In this document: one piece after another, positions 1-10,019 of the stretch
Layout: every line of letters begins with the position of its first letter
Numbering within the stretch: the first letter of the stretch is position 1
Source: Candidatus Bathyarchaeia archaeon
Lineage (GTDB): Archaea > Thermoproteota > Bathyarchaeia > 40CM-2-53-6
DNA: 64,000 bases
Direction: 5' to 3'
NCBI GenBank assembly: GCA_049517415.1
Contig: JBEKSC010000005.1
Coordinates: 1-64,000, forward strand
Notes under the pieces: model-generated
What the model was told of the DNA's origin: nothing
What the model saw: the letters and a program-made list of their open reading frames with translations, nothing else
Database searches by the model: none
Program-made: the position numbers and the translations under genes

Positions 1-69
1 GCACCGGCGCCAGCACAGAGCTTGCCGTACTTTTTCCCTGGATAGAATAAGGCGGAGTTCGACCTCTAG

Positions 70-684
70 CTACTTTGGAGTTCTGCGAACGGTAACCTCG
101 CCGTTTGCAGTCAGGTCTTGAAGTTTAATTCTCTTCGCTCCCATAGCAACCATCTCCTGCAAGGCACGTTCAGAGTCGCCAAGGTTCACGTTCACCCCTT
201 TTGAAGCGTCGTCGAGGTGGAAGACTTCGAAACCGTACTTCAGCCCATCCGACACGGTTTCTTTCACGCAATAATCAGTGGCTAGGCCACCTACGAGTAG
301 CCGCCTGATCCCGCGTTCCTTAAGTTTCCGGGCCAAGTCGGTACCTTCGAAGAACGAGTACGCCTCATCCTTCTTGTCCGCTTTCGAAATAACCTCACCC
401 TCAGTCGGGATGTGGAGGTCGGCGTGGAATCTTGCGCCGTCGCTGTTTTGGACGCAATGTGGAGGCCATGGTCCTCCCTGAGCCTTGAAGGAGCTGTGGT
501 CCGGCGGGTGCCAATCCCTAGTGAAAAGTATCGGCGCGCCAATCTTCCTAAACCTTTCAATGTACTTGTTCAAGATCGGGATCACCTTATTGCCATCCTT
601 TACGGGCAAGGCTCCGCCTGGGCAGAAATCATTTTGAACATCCACGACCACCAACGCGGTTTGCTTGTCGATTTCTACTTCCAA
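70..684 (-). CDS. pncA: Nicotinamidase/pyrazinamidase (isochorismatase family)
   Basis: VVDVQNDFCPGGAL, DWHP, WPPHCV, YSFF and GLATDYCV catalytic motifs. Confidence 0.93.
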   Translation of the reverse strand: MEVEIDKQTALVVVDVQNDFCPGGALPVKDGNKVIPILNKYIERFRKIGAPILFTRDWHPPDHSSFKAQGGPWPPHCVQNSDGARFHADLHIPTEGEVISKADKKDEAYSFFEGTDLARKLKERGIRRLLVGGLATDYCVKETVSDGLKYGFEVFHLDDASKGVNVNLGDSERALQEMVAMGAKRIKLQDLTANGEVTVRRTPK

Positions 685-874
685 TGTTTCGATCGGAGTT
701 TTGTGGAAAAGGCCGTCGAAATTAAGCGTTGCTTCGAAGTTTTCTCATCGAATCCCAAGCTCGGTTCTGATTTTGTAAACTAAATGCTGTAACCGGAATC
801 CTAATCTACTGTTAGACGAGAAACCGACCGAACCCAAAGAATTGGCAATACCGTTTCGCTGAGGTGCGCTGGGA

Positions 875-1642
875 ATGGATTACCTGACCGCTATCATATT
901 GGCCGTTGTCGAAGGAATTACAGAGTTCCTGCCAGTTTCCTCAACGGGTCACACAATCTTGGCGGCCGCGCTTCTCCACGTAGCGCAATCACCGTTTGTG
1001 AAGAGTTTCGAGTTGGTACTGGAGTTCGGTTCAATTTTAGCGGTTGTCGCGTTGTACTGGAGATTATTCCTGAACATGGATATTCTCAAACGACTAGCAG
1101 TGGCTTTCATTCCGACTGGAATCGTGGGGCTCATCATCTACCGATTCTTCAAGGACGTGTTGTTCGGAAATGTGCAGATTGTTTTGTGGGCTCTGCTCTT
1201 TGGGGGAATCTTCATCATCTTGTTCGAATGGCGTTACAAAGAGCGGACGCATATTGATGAGATTGCGAAGATGCCCTACAGGCATTGCCTGCTGATCGGC
1301 CTCTTTCAGACGGTTTCAGTGATTCCCGGTGTCTCGAGGTCAACAGCAACGATCTCTGGCGGACTGTTTTTGGGCATGAAGAGGGAGACGATTGCTCTCT
1401 TCTCCTTCTTGCTTGCTGTTCCGACCATGATTGCAGCTTCAGGATTCGACCTCCTAAACTCATACAATGCCTTTTCACCAGGAGAAATCAACCTACTCGT
1501 GGTCGGATTCGTAACCTCCTTCCTTGTTGCCCTGGTCGTGATTAGGCTGTTCCTGAATTTCATAAGGAAACATAGCTTCATGCCATTCGGAATCTACAGA
1601 ATTATCATAGTCCTATTGTTTTTCTTCCTCGTGATTGCTTAG
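875..1642 (+). CDS. uppP: Undecaprenyl-diphosphate phosphatase (BacA/UppP)
   Basis: VEGITEFLPVSSTGH and PGVSRS motifs, multiple TM helices. Confidence 0.93.
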   Translation: MDYLTAIILAVVEGITEFLPVSSTGHTILAAALLHVAQSPFVKSFELVLEFGSILAVVALYWRLFLNMDILKRLAVAFIPTGIVGLIIYRFFKDVLFGNVQIVLWALLFGGIFIILFEWRYKERTHIDEIAKMPYRHCLLIGLFQTVSVIPGVSRSTATISGGLFLGMKRETIALFSFLLAVPTMIAASGFDLLNSYNAFSPGEINLLVVGFVTSFLVALVVIRLFLNFIRKHSFMPFGIYRIIIVLLFFFLVIA

Positions 1643-1718
1643 GCGACCAGAGCCTGTTCGCGAGGGTTACTAACCTATATGATGGCAAGCCGCATGGCGC
1701 GGGCCAGCTAGGTGGAGT

Positions 1719-2174
1719 CTGACGGTCGCGAAGCCAACTGTTCGAACGTATCACGTTTCCAAGGTGCTCAATGCGCCGCTTTCTTTTGCGTTCAAATGGT
1801 GCACGGACTACCGAGAGAACGATCCTAGAATGACTGGTTCGAAGAACAAGAGGTCAATCTTAGAGAAAACCATGGAGAGAGTGATTTACACTATTCGTTA
1901 CAGTAGCGGTGAGAAGACGATGAACGCGGTGAACATTGTCACCCTGAAACCGCCGAAGGCTTGGTACCTTGACTCCAGAGGAGACGAAGACGACACGATC
2001 GGTGAGTATCACCTAACAAGCCTAGGCCCTCGAAAGACCAGGTTGGAGATGACGTTTGTGGAATCTTGGAAGATTCGAAATTACCCGGGAAAAGCAGAAT
2101 ACCTCAGTGACGTCCACAGAATTTGGGACAAGTACGCTGCCGCACTTGAAAGAGACTACAAGAGGCATAGGTGA
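1719..2174 (+). CDS. SRPBCC/START-like (polyketide cyclase-like) domain protein; probable CTG start at 1719, track start GTG 1764
   Basis: Frame is open upstream of 1764 back to a TGA at 1680; HVSKVLNAP...WCTDY N-terminus and T.LEMTF strand resemble SRPBCC; GGTGG just before the CTG. Confidence 0.55.
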   Translation: MTVAKPTVRTYHVSKVLNAPLSFAFKWCTDYRENDPRMTGSKNKRSILEKTMERVIYTIRYSSGEKTMNAVNIVTLKPPKAWYLDSRGDEDDTIGEYHLTSLGPRKTRLEMTFVESWKIRNYPGKAEYLSDVHRIWDKYAAALERDYKRHR

Positions 2175-2258
2175 ACTTTGGGTTGCCCAGACTCGTAGTT
2201 CGCCTGCTCTGAGGTTGGGATACTCTAATCTATTTGCTTTAGTATTGATGCTTGCCTC

Positions 2259-2456
<198 letters not shown>

Positions 2457-2642
2457 CCGCAACCATCCTAGAGCACTCCCTATGGATGAGCCGCCAAGGA
2501 TCCCCCCAGCACCATCAAAGCCAGCGTCAAAACCCAAGCTCTACCAAAGCGCTATCAAAGCGCTGCAACTTCCTCATCCCCAGCGGGTTCAAAAGCTACC
2601 TAGCCAGCGCAAGCTACTCTGAGAACAGCAAAGACAAGATCA

Positions 2643-4253
2643 TCAGTGACGTTGACCGCGTTTCCTCATTCTTCTTAAGCTCAAGACAACTGCAAATACG
2701 ATGACTATCAATGAGAAAACTATCGCGTATCCTAGCTGCTGTTCGTTCGCTGTAAAACTCGAATTGGCTGGCGACGTTTCATTCAGTCCTATCCCAATAA
2801 GCATCTTGTGAGGGATCTCCTCAATTCCAGCATTATCTACGCTCCAGTACTCCAGAGTGTTGTTGCCGCCGGGCATAGTGATCCGTGGCTGTCCGTTCTT
2901 GTCTACGTTCAGAATTGAGCCGTCATTTATTTTGTAATAAATATCCGTTGCCCCGCCAATGGCGTTGATTGTTGCGAGGTTGACGTTGAAGTCATTTGAA
3001 TGCCATTTACCATCATAGTCGTTGAGGGTTTGCAGATTTATTTCTTCGACGCGATATATTCCCCACCCGTATGGAAACGTATACGATCTCACCAGTTCGC
3101 CTTTTGGGTTCACCTCAACTAATACTGCTCCTGAACTATTGGGAACGTAGTGGCTTTGGGAGCCGAAGGTTCCTAGTCTGTCTCCGTTGGTGAGCCTGTC
3201 CTCCTTACCCCAATATGGAGTCCAATACGCACTTGGAGCCGTCCAGCTCCAGCTTACTCGAGCAGTCATGTTCTGCTCGTTCACGGCGACTTCCAGCATC
3301 CGGCTATGCGATATCGTTCCATTGAGGGTTTGCTGGCAGGGCCTAGTTGTGTTGTGATAATCATTATCGAACATCGAGAAGATGCCGGGTTGTACTTCCT
3401 CCACATCATGGGAATGATACCATAGGCTGGGGACTCTTTTCCCGTTCGCGTCGTAGAGAGTGAAGTTGCCGTGTTCGCCCAGACACCAGATCGTCTGACT
3501 CGTTGTCTTGTTGATCTTGCAGAAAGTGTTCAATGCTCGCATATTGACGTAAATCACGTTCTCATCGAAGATCCATTGAAGGCTATTCGAATGGGTTAGG
3601 TCTATCAAGGTTTGGCCTGGAAGATACCCGGACGATGCACCAGTAGTGTCGTTGCATGGGCACTCGTCATTGAGACTGAAATGACCGTCCGAATAGGTGT
3701 CCCAGGTCCACAGGACGTCTCCGGCCGCGTTAAGCTCTACTATCTTATCCATCAGAACATTCCTTCCGTCAATCACCCTCACGTAGTCTCTGAGTGTAAG
3801 GAAGGTCCCCGTGGACGGGTTGAAGATGATATCATGATGCCCCCAGACGTTTGGGAAATCAGTTGTCTTGTTCGTCTTCATATTCCAGAAATGCGTAGCC
3901 AGCGAATCTGGTTCTCCCATGAACATTAAGGTGTCCGATGAAATGTATTTGACAGGCCAATAACTTGGGATTTCATTAGACCTCCGGATATCGAGCAGTT
4001 GGCCTTTAGTGTTCATCACGACCAAGTAACTATGCAGCACGCTTAAGTCCGTTGAATTAAACTGCCACAATCCAAATGCGAGATACCCACTCCATGCGTC
4101 ACCGTAAGTGTCAATTTTGACGGGAACAACAAAAGGGCTGTCGTTTTGATTGTCGGCGACAACAGAAGGATGGTACACGGAAGGACTAGCGACTTGGGAG
4201 ACTGCTGTGAGGATCGCAAGTGAAACCAACAAAAACGCCAAGGATATTCTCAT
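2643..4253 (-). CDS. Secreted, C-terminally membrane-anchored aryl-sulfate sulfotransferase-family beta-propeller with an Ig-like (OmpL47-type) domain
   Basis: Signal peptide; GHHD, DLTHSNSL, YHSHD, MFDN motifs; IYYKIND...NTLEYWSVDNAG domain; terminal TM helix and basic tail. Confidence 0.8.
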   Translation of the reverse strand: MRISLAFLLVSLAILTAVSQVASPSVYHPSVVADNQNDSPFVVPVKIDTYGDAWSGYLAFGLWQFNSTDLSVLHSYLVVMNTKGQLLDIRRSNEIPSYWPVKYISSDTLMFMGEPDSLATHFWNMKTNKTTDFPNVWGHHDIIFNPSTGTFLTLRDYVRVIDGRNVLMDKIVELNAAGDVLWTWDTYSDGHFSLNDECPCNDTTGASSGYLPGQTLIDLTHSNSLQWIFDENVIYVNMRALNTFCKINKTTSQTIWCLGEHGNFTLYDANGKRVPSLWYHSHDVEEVQPGIFSMFDNDYHNTTRPCQQTLNGTISHSRMLEVAVNEQNMTARVSWSWTAPSAYWTPYWGKEDRLTNGDRLGTFGSQSHYVPNSSGAVLVEVNPKGELVRSYTFPYGWGIYRVEEINLQTLNDYDGKWHSNDFNVNLATINAIGGATDIYYKINDGSILNVDKNGQPRITMPGGNNTLEYWSVDNAGIEEIPHKMLIGIGLNETSPANSSFTANEQQLGYAIVFSLIVIVFAVVLSLRRMRKRGQRH

Positions 4254-4427
4254 TCAGGTCGCTCCCGTCGAAAAGACGTAGATACATAACGCTTTGGGTC
4301 GCGCTAGGCTGAAACGATGGTTTTTTGAAGAGCATCGTTGAAGCTTAGGAATTTGGAGAACAATTCTTTTCTGGAGTTTATCGCGCCTCTTAGTCTTCTA
4401 GCAATGGGTCTACATTGCGTTGGGACG

Positions 4428-5549
4428 TTAGTAGAACCTGTACCAGTTTACAAACAAGGCGGTCCCTATGACCAACAGAATGAGAAAGAGAGTGCAAATC
4501 AGAACTCTTGCAGCGGAGTGCTCCGACCATCTCGAAAAACTCCAGTACATCGGCAATAGTGTGATCGAGTAGCGAGGAAAGGAATCTAAGGGGGAGATCA
4601 GATAAGCTGCAAGGAGGCAAACAGCGTATAGACCGATCGCGGTTTCATCTCTGTTTTTCACTCTCTGAATATATGTCACTACAGCACTGAGGCTCAGTAC
4701 CAAGTATGGCAGTATTATCGGGTTAGCGAGTATCTCACGCAGATCTCCCATGAGCCGATCATATGGGTTGAAGTAGACCAACCAGAATGAGCGTTCAGCT
4801 ATCGAGCTAGCGAACATAGTTCCAGTCATAAGTTGACTGTACGCAACAAAACTCAGAAAACCGAGCATGATTCCTACTATGGGTAAATAGGAGCGAACAG
4901 CGTTCCGGCGAGATGAGTCTTGCAGAAGTCTATACACGATTGGCGCTACGAGAAGAACTCCCACCGGTCTAGTCAAGGAAGCAAGAAAACCAAGCACTGC
5001 ACTCCTGCCAAGATTATCCCTCCAGCAGTAGTACAGTGAACTAATTGTGAGTAGCAGAAACAACGAGTCAGAATAGACGGCGGAAAGAAAAACTCCTGCC
5101 GGGTAAAAAGCAAGAAGAGCCGCAGATATGTATGCTAATCTCCTATTATTCAGAGTCATAACGGAAAATCTGCTCAGATAATAGACTGCTCCGAAGAATG
5201 TGACGTTACTTACCAGAAAACCGGCCAGGTAGACTGCAGGAATGAGCCTCAGTTGGACCGTGATTGTGAGAAATCGTCCGAGCAATCCTATTAGAATCGG
5301 GTAACCCGGAAAAAAGGCCCATCTGGCGGTGATTTGATGTGGGTATCCAAACATTGCAATGTTGGCGTAGTAGGCACTATCCCAACGCGAGAAGAGGTCT
5401 AAAAATGGAACACCAATATCCCAACAATGCGTGCAGGGACGCATGGGCAACGTGTTCCTTGCAGCTACGGCGATGCCGAATACGAGAACACGAGAGGACA
5501 GAGCAAGGGCGGCAAGTTTCATATTAAGACGGGCGGCGGTTGGCGCCAA
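4428..5549 (-). CDS. GT-C membrane glycosyltransferase, PIG-V/GPI mannosyltransferase-2 like
   Basis: RWDSAYY, AFFPGYP, VFLSAVYSDSLF, TRPVG motifs; polytopic membrane protein. Confidence 0.85.
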   Translation of the reverse strand: MAPTAARLNMKLAALALSSRVLVFGIAVAARNTLPMRPCTHCWDIGVPFLDLFSRWDSAYYANIAMFGYPHQITARWAFFPGYPILIGLLGRFLTITVQLRLIPAVYLAGFLVSNVTFFGAVYYLSRFSVMTLNNRRLAYISAALLAFYPAGVFLSAVYSDSLFLLLTISSLYYCWRDNLGRSAVLGFLASLTRPVGVLLVAPIVYRLLQDSSRRNAVRSYLPIVGIMLGFLSFVAYSQLMTGTMFASSIAERSFWLVYFNPYDRLMGDLREILANPIILPYLVLSLSAVVTYIQRVKNRDETAIGLYAVCLLAAYLISPLDSFPRYSITLLPMYWSFSRWSEHSAARVLICTLFLILLVIGTALFVNWYRFY

Positions 5550-5820
5550 TTATCCATTCACCAGGGTTAGGGATCTTGCTCTGAGTGATGAAGCCCTCTT
5601 AGCAATTACACATTTTACTCTTCCAGCCTTCTAAGCGACCAGCCCGCCTCTTCAGGAACTGTCTCTTGGCCCAACTGATGATAATTCATTGAGGCGCTAT
5701 TTTCTAGGCTACTGCATAGCAAGGTTTGATGGAGATGAGAGGATTAAGCTAAGTCGGCCTTCGAGAGAAAACCTTAAGCATACTCCGCGAAATGCGTACT
5801 CACACATAGGAGAAGAAAAC

Positions 5821-6459
5821 TTGAGCCGTCCCACAGCGAAGGAAAACCGAAAGGGTGACCGTATGCACCTGAGTAGGGCTGAGAAAATCGCCATACCTAT
5901 CATACTAATTGTCGCCGTTTGGGTAGTCTATTCTGTTGTACAACCCTCCGCACCGGCCCCTCAGCCCACTGCGACTACTGCGTCGTCTAGTGGTTCATTA
6001 GCCCCAGATTTCACCCTCCCCGTAGTTAGTCCTAATGGCCCGAATTATCTAACCGGCCAGATTAGCCTCTCATCCTTCCGAGGTAAAGTTGTGTTCCTCG
6101 AGTTCATGGAACCTTGGTGCCCACACTGCCAACATATGGCTCCGATGCTGGAGGATATGTACACCAAATATCAAAACAACCCAAATGTTGTCTTCTTATC
6201 AGTTGCCGGACCATGGAATGGTCCGAATGGGACTCCAGCATCGGCCAAAGACGCTGCAGGATTCATTAGCACCTATGGGTCAGGGTGGACGTATGTCTAC
6301 GATTCCTCGGGCACTGTGATGAATACTGAGTATGGAGTTAATTCGACTCCAACCTTCTTCATCATCGCCAAGAGCGGTGCAGTTTTCTCATCTTTTCAGG
6401 GCGAACAAACCGAAGACACCTTAACGGCCGCCATCAACAACGCTATCAACGCCAGCTGA
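5821..6459 (+). CDS. Membrane-anchored TlpA/ResA-like thioredoxin
   Basis: N-terminal TM, APDFTL, WCPHC, YGVNSTPT; start uncertain (TTG 5821 or ATG 5863). Confidence 0.85.
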   Translation: MSRPTAKENRKGDRMHLSRAEKIAIPIILIVAVWVVYSVVQPSAPAPQPTATTASSSGSLAPDFTLPVVSPNGPNYLTGQISLSSFRGKVVFLEFMEPWCPHCQHMAPMLEDMYTKYQNNPNVVFLSVAGPWNGPNGTPASAKDAAGFISTYGSGWTYVYDSSGTVMNTEYGVNSTPTFFIIAKSGAVFSSFQGEQTEDTLTAAINNAINAS

Positions 6460-6508
6460 GCAACTCAACACAAAAGGAATCTCAGTTGGCAAACGATCAG
6501 TTACTCTA

Positions 6509-6949
6509 GTGAGCAAAATGTTGAAACATGCTGTGATTGGAGCCATTGTGGTAGGGGTAATTGGCGCATATTGGAGTTGGTACTTGCTTCAATGGTACAT
6601 ATCCGCCAATGCGCTAACAGCATGCATCCTAGGTTCGCAATGTCCAGCTGTATTTCAAACGTCCTTCTCCTATTTCTACAGCATCCCAATTCACCTCCTT
6701 GCGGTTGGATGGTTTTCGCTGTTAACCTTGCTAGCTGGAATGAGGGCATACGGCTTTCGAAGGGCGTCAACGGTCGGCTTCGCCGTGGGAGCGCTATGCG
6801 TCCCCGCGATTATCTACTTGGACTACATTCAACTTGCCATAATACACGCCATATGCTCAGACTGTGAATTAGCCCATCTACTTGGCCTGATATTGTTCGT
6901 GCTGTTCATAGCTATCTACAGGTCCGACAGAAGAAGCAAGAAACGCTAA
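6509..6949 (+). CDS. Vitamin K epoxide reductase (VKOR) family protein
   Basis: Loop Cys pair (C-x5-C), about four TM helices, CSDC redox motif; adjacent to a thioredoxin. Confidence 0.8.
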   Translation: MSKMLKHAVIGAIVVGVIGAYWSWYLLQWYISANALTACILGSQCPAVFQTSFSYFYSIPIHLLAVGWFSLLTLLAGMRAYGFRRASTVGFAVGALCVPAIIYLDYIQLAIIHAICSDCELAHLLGLILFVLFIAIYRSDRRSKKR

Positions 6950-7207
6950 GCGCAGAGAAAACTTCGGCGTATGCGGCGGTTTTTTCGATCGTAAAGGAGC
7001 ATGTGTTCAAGGTTTCCGGCAGGGGACGCGGACTTTCAGAATTTAGGTTTCCTGCCTACCGTCACTATTGTAACGGCTGTACCAGGTGACCGTGCCCTTG
7101 GTCCAATAGGCTGGCGGTTTTGGTTTGGGTTTCGATCGCATGTATGGCAATGATAAAGCTCCATTATAGCTTAGGCGCTTGCTCACTCTTAAGGAAACAG
7201 CCCTAGT

Positions 7208-7480
7208 TTACCGGCCGAATTTTGAGGGGGCTTTCCCACTTTTGGGAGCGGGTGGTGGGGTCATCGTTACTTCGCCCCGGGACGTAACGGCAGCAGTAAA
7301 ATCTTCTTTCTCGCCCTCTTCCGTAACGAAAGTCCCTTTCACAATCCATACGCCCTTGTCATCTGGGCCTTTGGGTTCCTCTTCAATAGTTATGGAAGCA
7401 ATTTTTCCGTGCCTAGACCTAGTTCCAATTATGTACTTCCTCACGACGCTTTTCGCGTCATCCACACTTCCGATTCGCAA
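7208..7480 (-). CDS. Small hypothetical protein, PepSY-like alpha/beta pattern
   Basis: DAKSVVRKY helix followed by WIVKG and FTAAVTSRGEV strands; TTG start. Confidence 0.55.
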   Translation of the reverse strand: MRIGSVDDAKSVVRKYIIGTRSRHGKIASITIEEEPKGPDDKGVWIVKGTFVTEEGEKEDFTAAVTSRGEVTMTPPPAPKSGKAPSKFGR

Positions 7481-7542
7481 TCTAAATCAGCCCCCCATTA
7501 CCAAAGAGGTTGTTATTAGAATTTGGAGTAGGGGTGACCGGT

Positions 7543-8379
7543 ATGGATTTCAAGCAACTCGGGAAGAGCAGCGTCAAAATCCCAGTGTTAGGGTTGGGAA
7601 CTTGGGGTATGGGAGGTCTCAGCAACAAACTCTTCGGAGGGGAAGAGGAGTCGGTGCGGGCGTTGCGTCTGGGTTTGGAACTGGAAATGCGATTCATAGA
7701 TACCGCAGAGGTGTATGCCGCGGGGCATTCTGAAGAGATTGTAGCCCAAGCCAGTACGGACGAACGAGAGAGCGTTTTCATCGCGACTAAAGTTTCAGCC
7801 GAGAACCTCTCGTATGAGCACGTGCTACGTTCTTGTGAGTCCAGCCTAAAACGCCTCCAGACAAGTTACATAGACCTGTACCAAGTGCATTGGCCAAATC
7901 CGAGCATCCCTATAGCGGAAACCATGAGGGCGATGGAACGCCTCGTTGCGAAAGGTAAAGTGCGCCATGTCGGGGTGAGTAACTTCTCTGTGCAACAAAC
8001 CCGTGAAGCCGAAGCAGCACTTTCCAAAATAGAGCTTGCTTCTAATCAGGTCGAATACAGTTTGCTGGATAGGTCGGTCGAGGAAGATTTGCTTGCCTTC
8101 GCCGCAAAAGAGCGCATTACCATAATCGCCTATTCCCCAGTCGGACGCGGGGAGATTTCAAGAGGAGGAGCTGGTGAACGCTGGCAGGAGCTCGAGAGGA
8201 TTGCAACCAAATATGGGAAGACAAGATCACAGGTTGCATTGAACTGGCTCATAATGAAAGACCCTGTCGTAGCCATACCTAAAGCAGGTCGATTGGATCA
8301 CGTTAGAGAAAACGCTGGAGCTGCGGGGTGGAAACTAAACAAAGCGGACCTGGCTGCGCTCGATTCCGCATTCGCATGA
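7543..8379 (+). CDS. Aldo/keto reductase
   Basis: LGLGTWG, IDTAEVY, IATK, DLYQVHWP, GVSNF, AYSP, IPKA motifs; GGTGA before ATG 7543. Confidence 0.93.
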   Translation: MDFKQLGKSSVKIPVLGLGTWGMGGLSNKLFGGEEESVRALRLGLELEMRFIDTAEVYAAGHSEEIVAQASTDERESVFIATKVSAENLSYEHVLRSCESSLKRLQTSYIDLYQVHWPNPSIPIAETMRAMERLVAKGKVRHVGVSNFSVQQTREAEAALSKIELASNQVEYSLLDRSVEEDLLAFAAKERITIIAYSPVGRGEISRGGAGERWQELERIATKYGKTRSQVALNWLIMKDPVVAIPKAGRLDHVRENAGAAGWKLNKADLAALDSAFA

Positions 8380-8660
8380 GCCAGTATACCGCGCAACCTA
8401 AGATGTGCGCCCGATTGCCAATACCTGATTCCGAGTACCTTGCCCGAGTAAGCTCACGAATAGTACGAATGTTTGAACGGTACATTTGTAATATCGACCC
8501 GGAAGAGGAGCGGTTCCAAGCCTTCCTTTCAAATTACATCGCCGAAAAAGGCGTAAAGGACATACAGGCTCTTCCATACTCAGAACTTTACAAGGTCATC
8601 AAAGAAGGAATTCGGAAATATTTACCTAAACAGGAGCCGAGGCCACGGTCAGAAAAATGA
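8376..8660 (+). CDS. Hypothetical protein
   Basis: ATGA overlaps with both neighbours (8376-8379 and 8657-8660), suggesting translational coupling. Confidence 0.6.
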   Translation: MSQYTAQPKMCARLPIPDSEYLARVSSRIVRMFERYICNIDPEEERFQAFLSNYIAEKGVKDIQALPYSELYKVIKEGIRKYLPKQEPRPRSEK

Positions 8661-9253
8661 AAGTGCCTAGAAAGACGCGCAGAGCAATCATAGTCACCGG
8701 AACTCCGGGAACAGGGAAAACAACTTTCGCTAAGAAGCTCGCAAAAGAAATTGGCGCAGACTGCGTTGCACTCACACAATTTGTCTCGGATAAGAAACTG
8801 TACACAGGCTTTGATCGGGAAAGAGAGTCGAGAGTGATCAACTTAGCTCGTGTATACGCAAACTTGAACCGTCTCTTATTGAAGACAAGGCGCGCGACAA
8901 TCGTCGATACGCACATAACTGAATGGATAATCCCGAAGGATTTAGTGAAACTCGTCTTCGTGCTTCGGTGTCACCCGAGAATTCTTGAGAGGCGTCTAAG
9001 TAAGAAGAAGTGGAAGCAGAGTAAAGTTCGAGAAAACGTGTTGGCAGAAATGCTGGACGTGTGTCTTATCAATGCAGTAAAGTGGTTTGGGTCAAATCGA
9101 GTAGTTCAACTGGATACGTCTCACATTAACGCTAGCAAGTGCGTGGCTACTGCAAAGCGAATTCTCATTCAGCCGGCGCAAAAAAGGGTAAAAATTGATT
9201 GGATTGCGACATTGGACAAAGAACATTCGTTGGCCCGATACTTGGAGTGGTAG
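8657..9253 (+). CDS. Adenylate kinase 6 / Fap7-like NMP kinase
   Basis: TGTPGTGKTT P-loop, hhhDTH, LRCHP, KVREN..AE. Confidence 0.9.
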   Translation: MKVPRKTRRAIIVTGTPGTGKTTFAKKLAKEIGADCVALTQFVSDKKLYTGFDRERESRVINLARVYANLNRLLLKTRRATIVDTHITEWIIPKDLVKLVFVLRCHPRILERRLSKKKWKQSKVRENVLAEMLDVCLINAVKWFGSNRVVQLDTSHINASKCVATAKRILIQPAQKRVKIDWIATLDKEHSLARYLEW

Positions 9254-9257
9254 ATCG

Positions 9258-9494
9258 ATGTCCAAGCCGAAGAAAAATTACCTCGTGGTCGCCTGTACGA
9301 ACTGCGGCCGCCTTCTTCTCGCTGTTTCGGATAAGAAAACTCGCTCCTGTCCATACTGTGGGCGACGAGTCAACCTAGAGGACGCGAGACTCATCGCTCG
9401 CTCCGAGAAACCCAAGGAAGCAAGACGAGTCCTACAGGAAGCGAAAACACAAGCCCAACACCCGAATGCTAACAATAACGCCGAACGCCGATAA
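9258..9494 (+). CDS. DUF1922-like Zn-ribbon protein
   Basis: CTNCG...KTRSCPYCG; usual archaeal neighbour of Sm and tgtA genes. Confidence 0.8.
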   Translation: MSKPKKNYLVVACTNCGRLLLAVSDKKTRSCPYCGRRVNLEDARLIARSEKPKEARRVLQEAKTQAQHPNANNNAERR

Positions 9495-9534
9495 CGTTAC
9501 TAACCTGACGCGCCATGAGTGGGGGCGAAATTCA

Positions 9535-9963
9535 ATGTCATCTTTACCGGATCGCAGGTTTATGGAGGAAATTACAGCCCAGCTCCAAAAGATGATTACC
9601 GTCGTAACGTCGGACGGAAAGACCTACACGGGTGTTCTTTCAGGAGTTGACTCCCACTCCCTCAACATCTGCCTAAGTGGTGCCAGAGATGACTCGGGCC
9701 GAATTCTCAACAAACTCTTCGTCAACGGCAATTCTGTGTTGCAGATTTTCAGCACCGAGAAGCCTTTCAACTTACCAGCCTTAGCGGATAGGTTAGAACG
9801 AGTTTTTCCCAGAATGGTAAGAGTGAACGAAGGGGCCGGAATAATAGTCGTAATGGATCGAATTCGAGTCTCCGAAAAAGGAATAGTTGAGGGCACTGGA
9901 CCAGCAGCCGAAAGGGTCCAAAAGGTTTACGATGAGTTCATTAAAGCCCAAACCCAACCCTAA
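9535..9963 (+). CDS. Sm-like archaeal protein SmAP3 (Lsm plus C-terminal domain)
   Basis: Sm1 motif GKTYTGVL.GVD...NICL, Sm2 FVNG, C-terminal IVVMDRIRVSEKG.VEG.GP.AER. Confidence 0.88.
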   Translation: MSSLPDRRFMEEITAQLQKMITVVTSDGKTYTGVLSGVDSHSLNICLSGARDDSGRILNKLFVNGNSVLQIFSTEKPFNLPALADRLERVFPRMVRVNEGAGIIVVMDRIRVSEKGIVEGTGPAAERVQKVYDEFIKAQTQP

Positions 9964-10019
9964 GCAGCCGAACCCCAAGAAAATCGATAGTCAACTGAAT
10001 GAGCGAAGCTCGACTCTGA

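Noticed and set aside
2500..2570. Short CAAAGC(GCT) repeats after tRNA-Leu as a CRISPR or att remnant
   Set aside because: Too short and irregular, with no spacers and no duplicated tRNA 3' end
5585..5680. Possible C/D box sRNA (GTGATGA ... CTGA)
   Set aside because: Boxes are about 90 nt apart with no clear internal D'/C' pair
6950..7180. Possible ncRNA (hairpins, GAAAGTCC on the minus strand) or 32-aa ORF at 7043-7141 (-)
   Set aside because: Lacks the remaining RNase P or SRP consensus elements; the ORF has no motif, so neither can be supported
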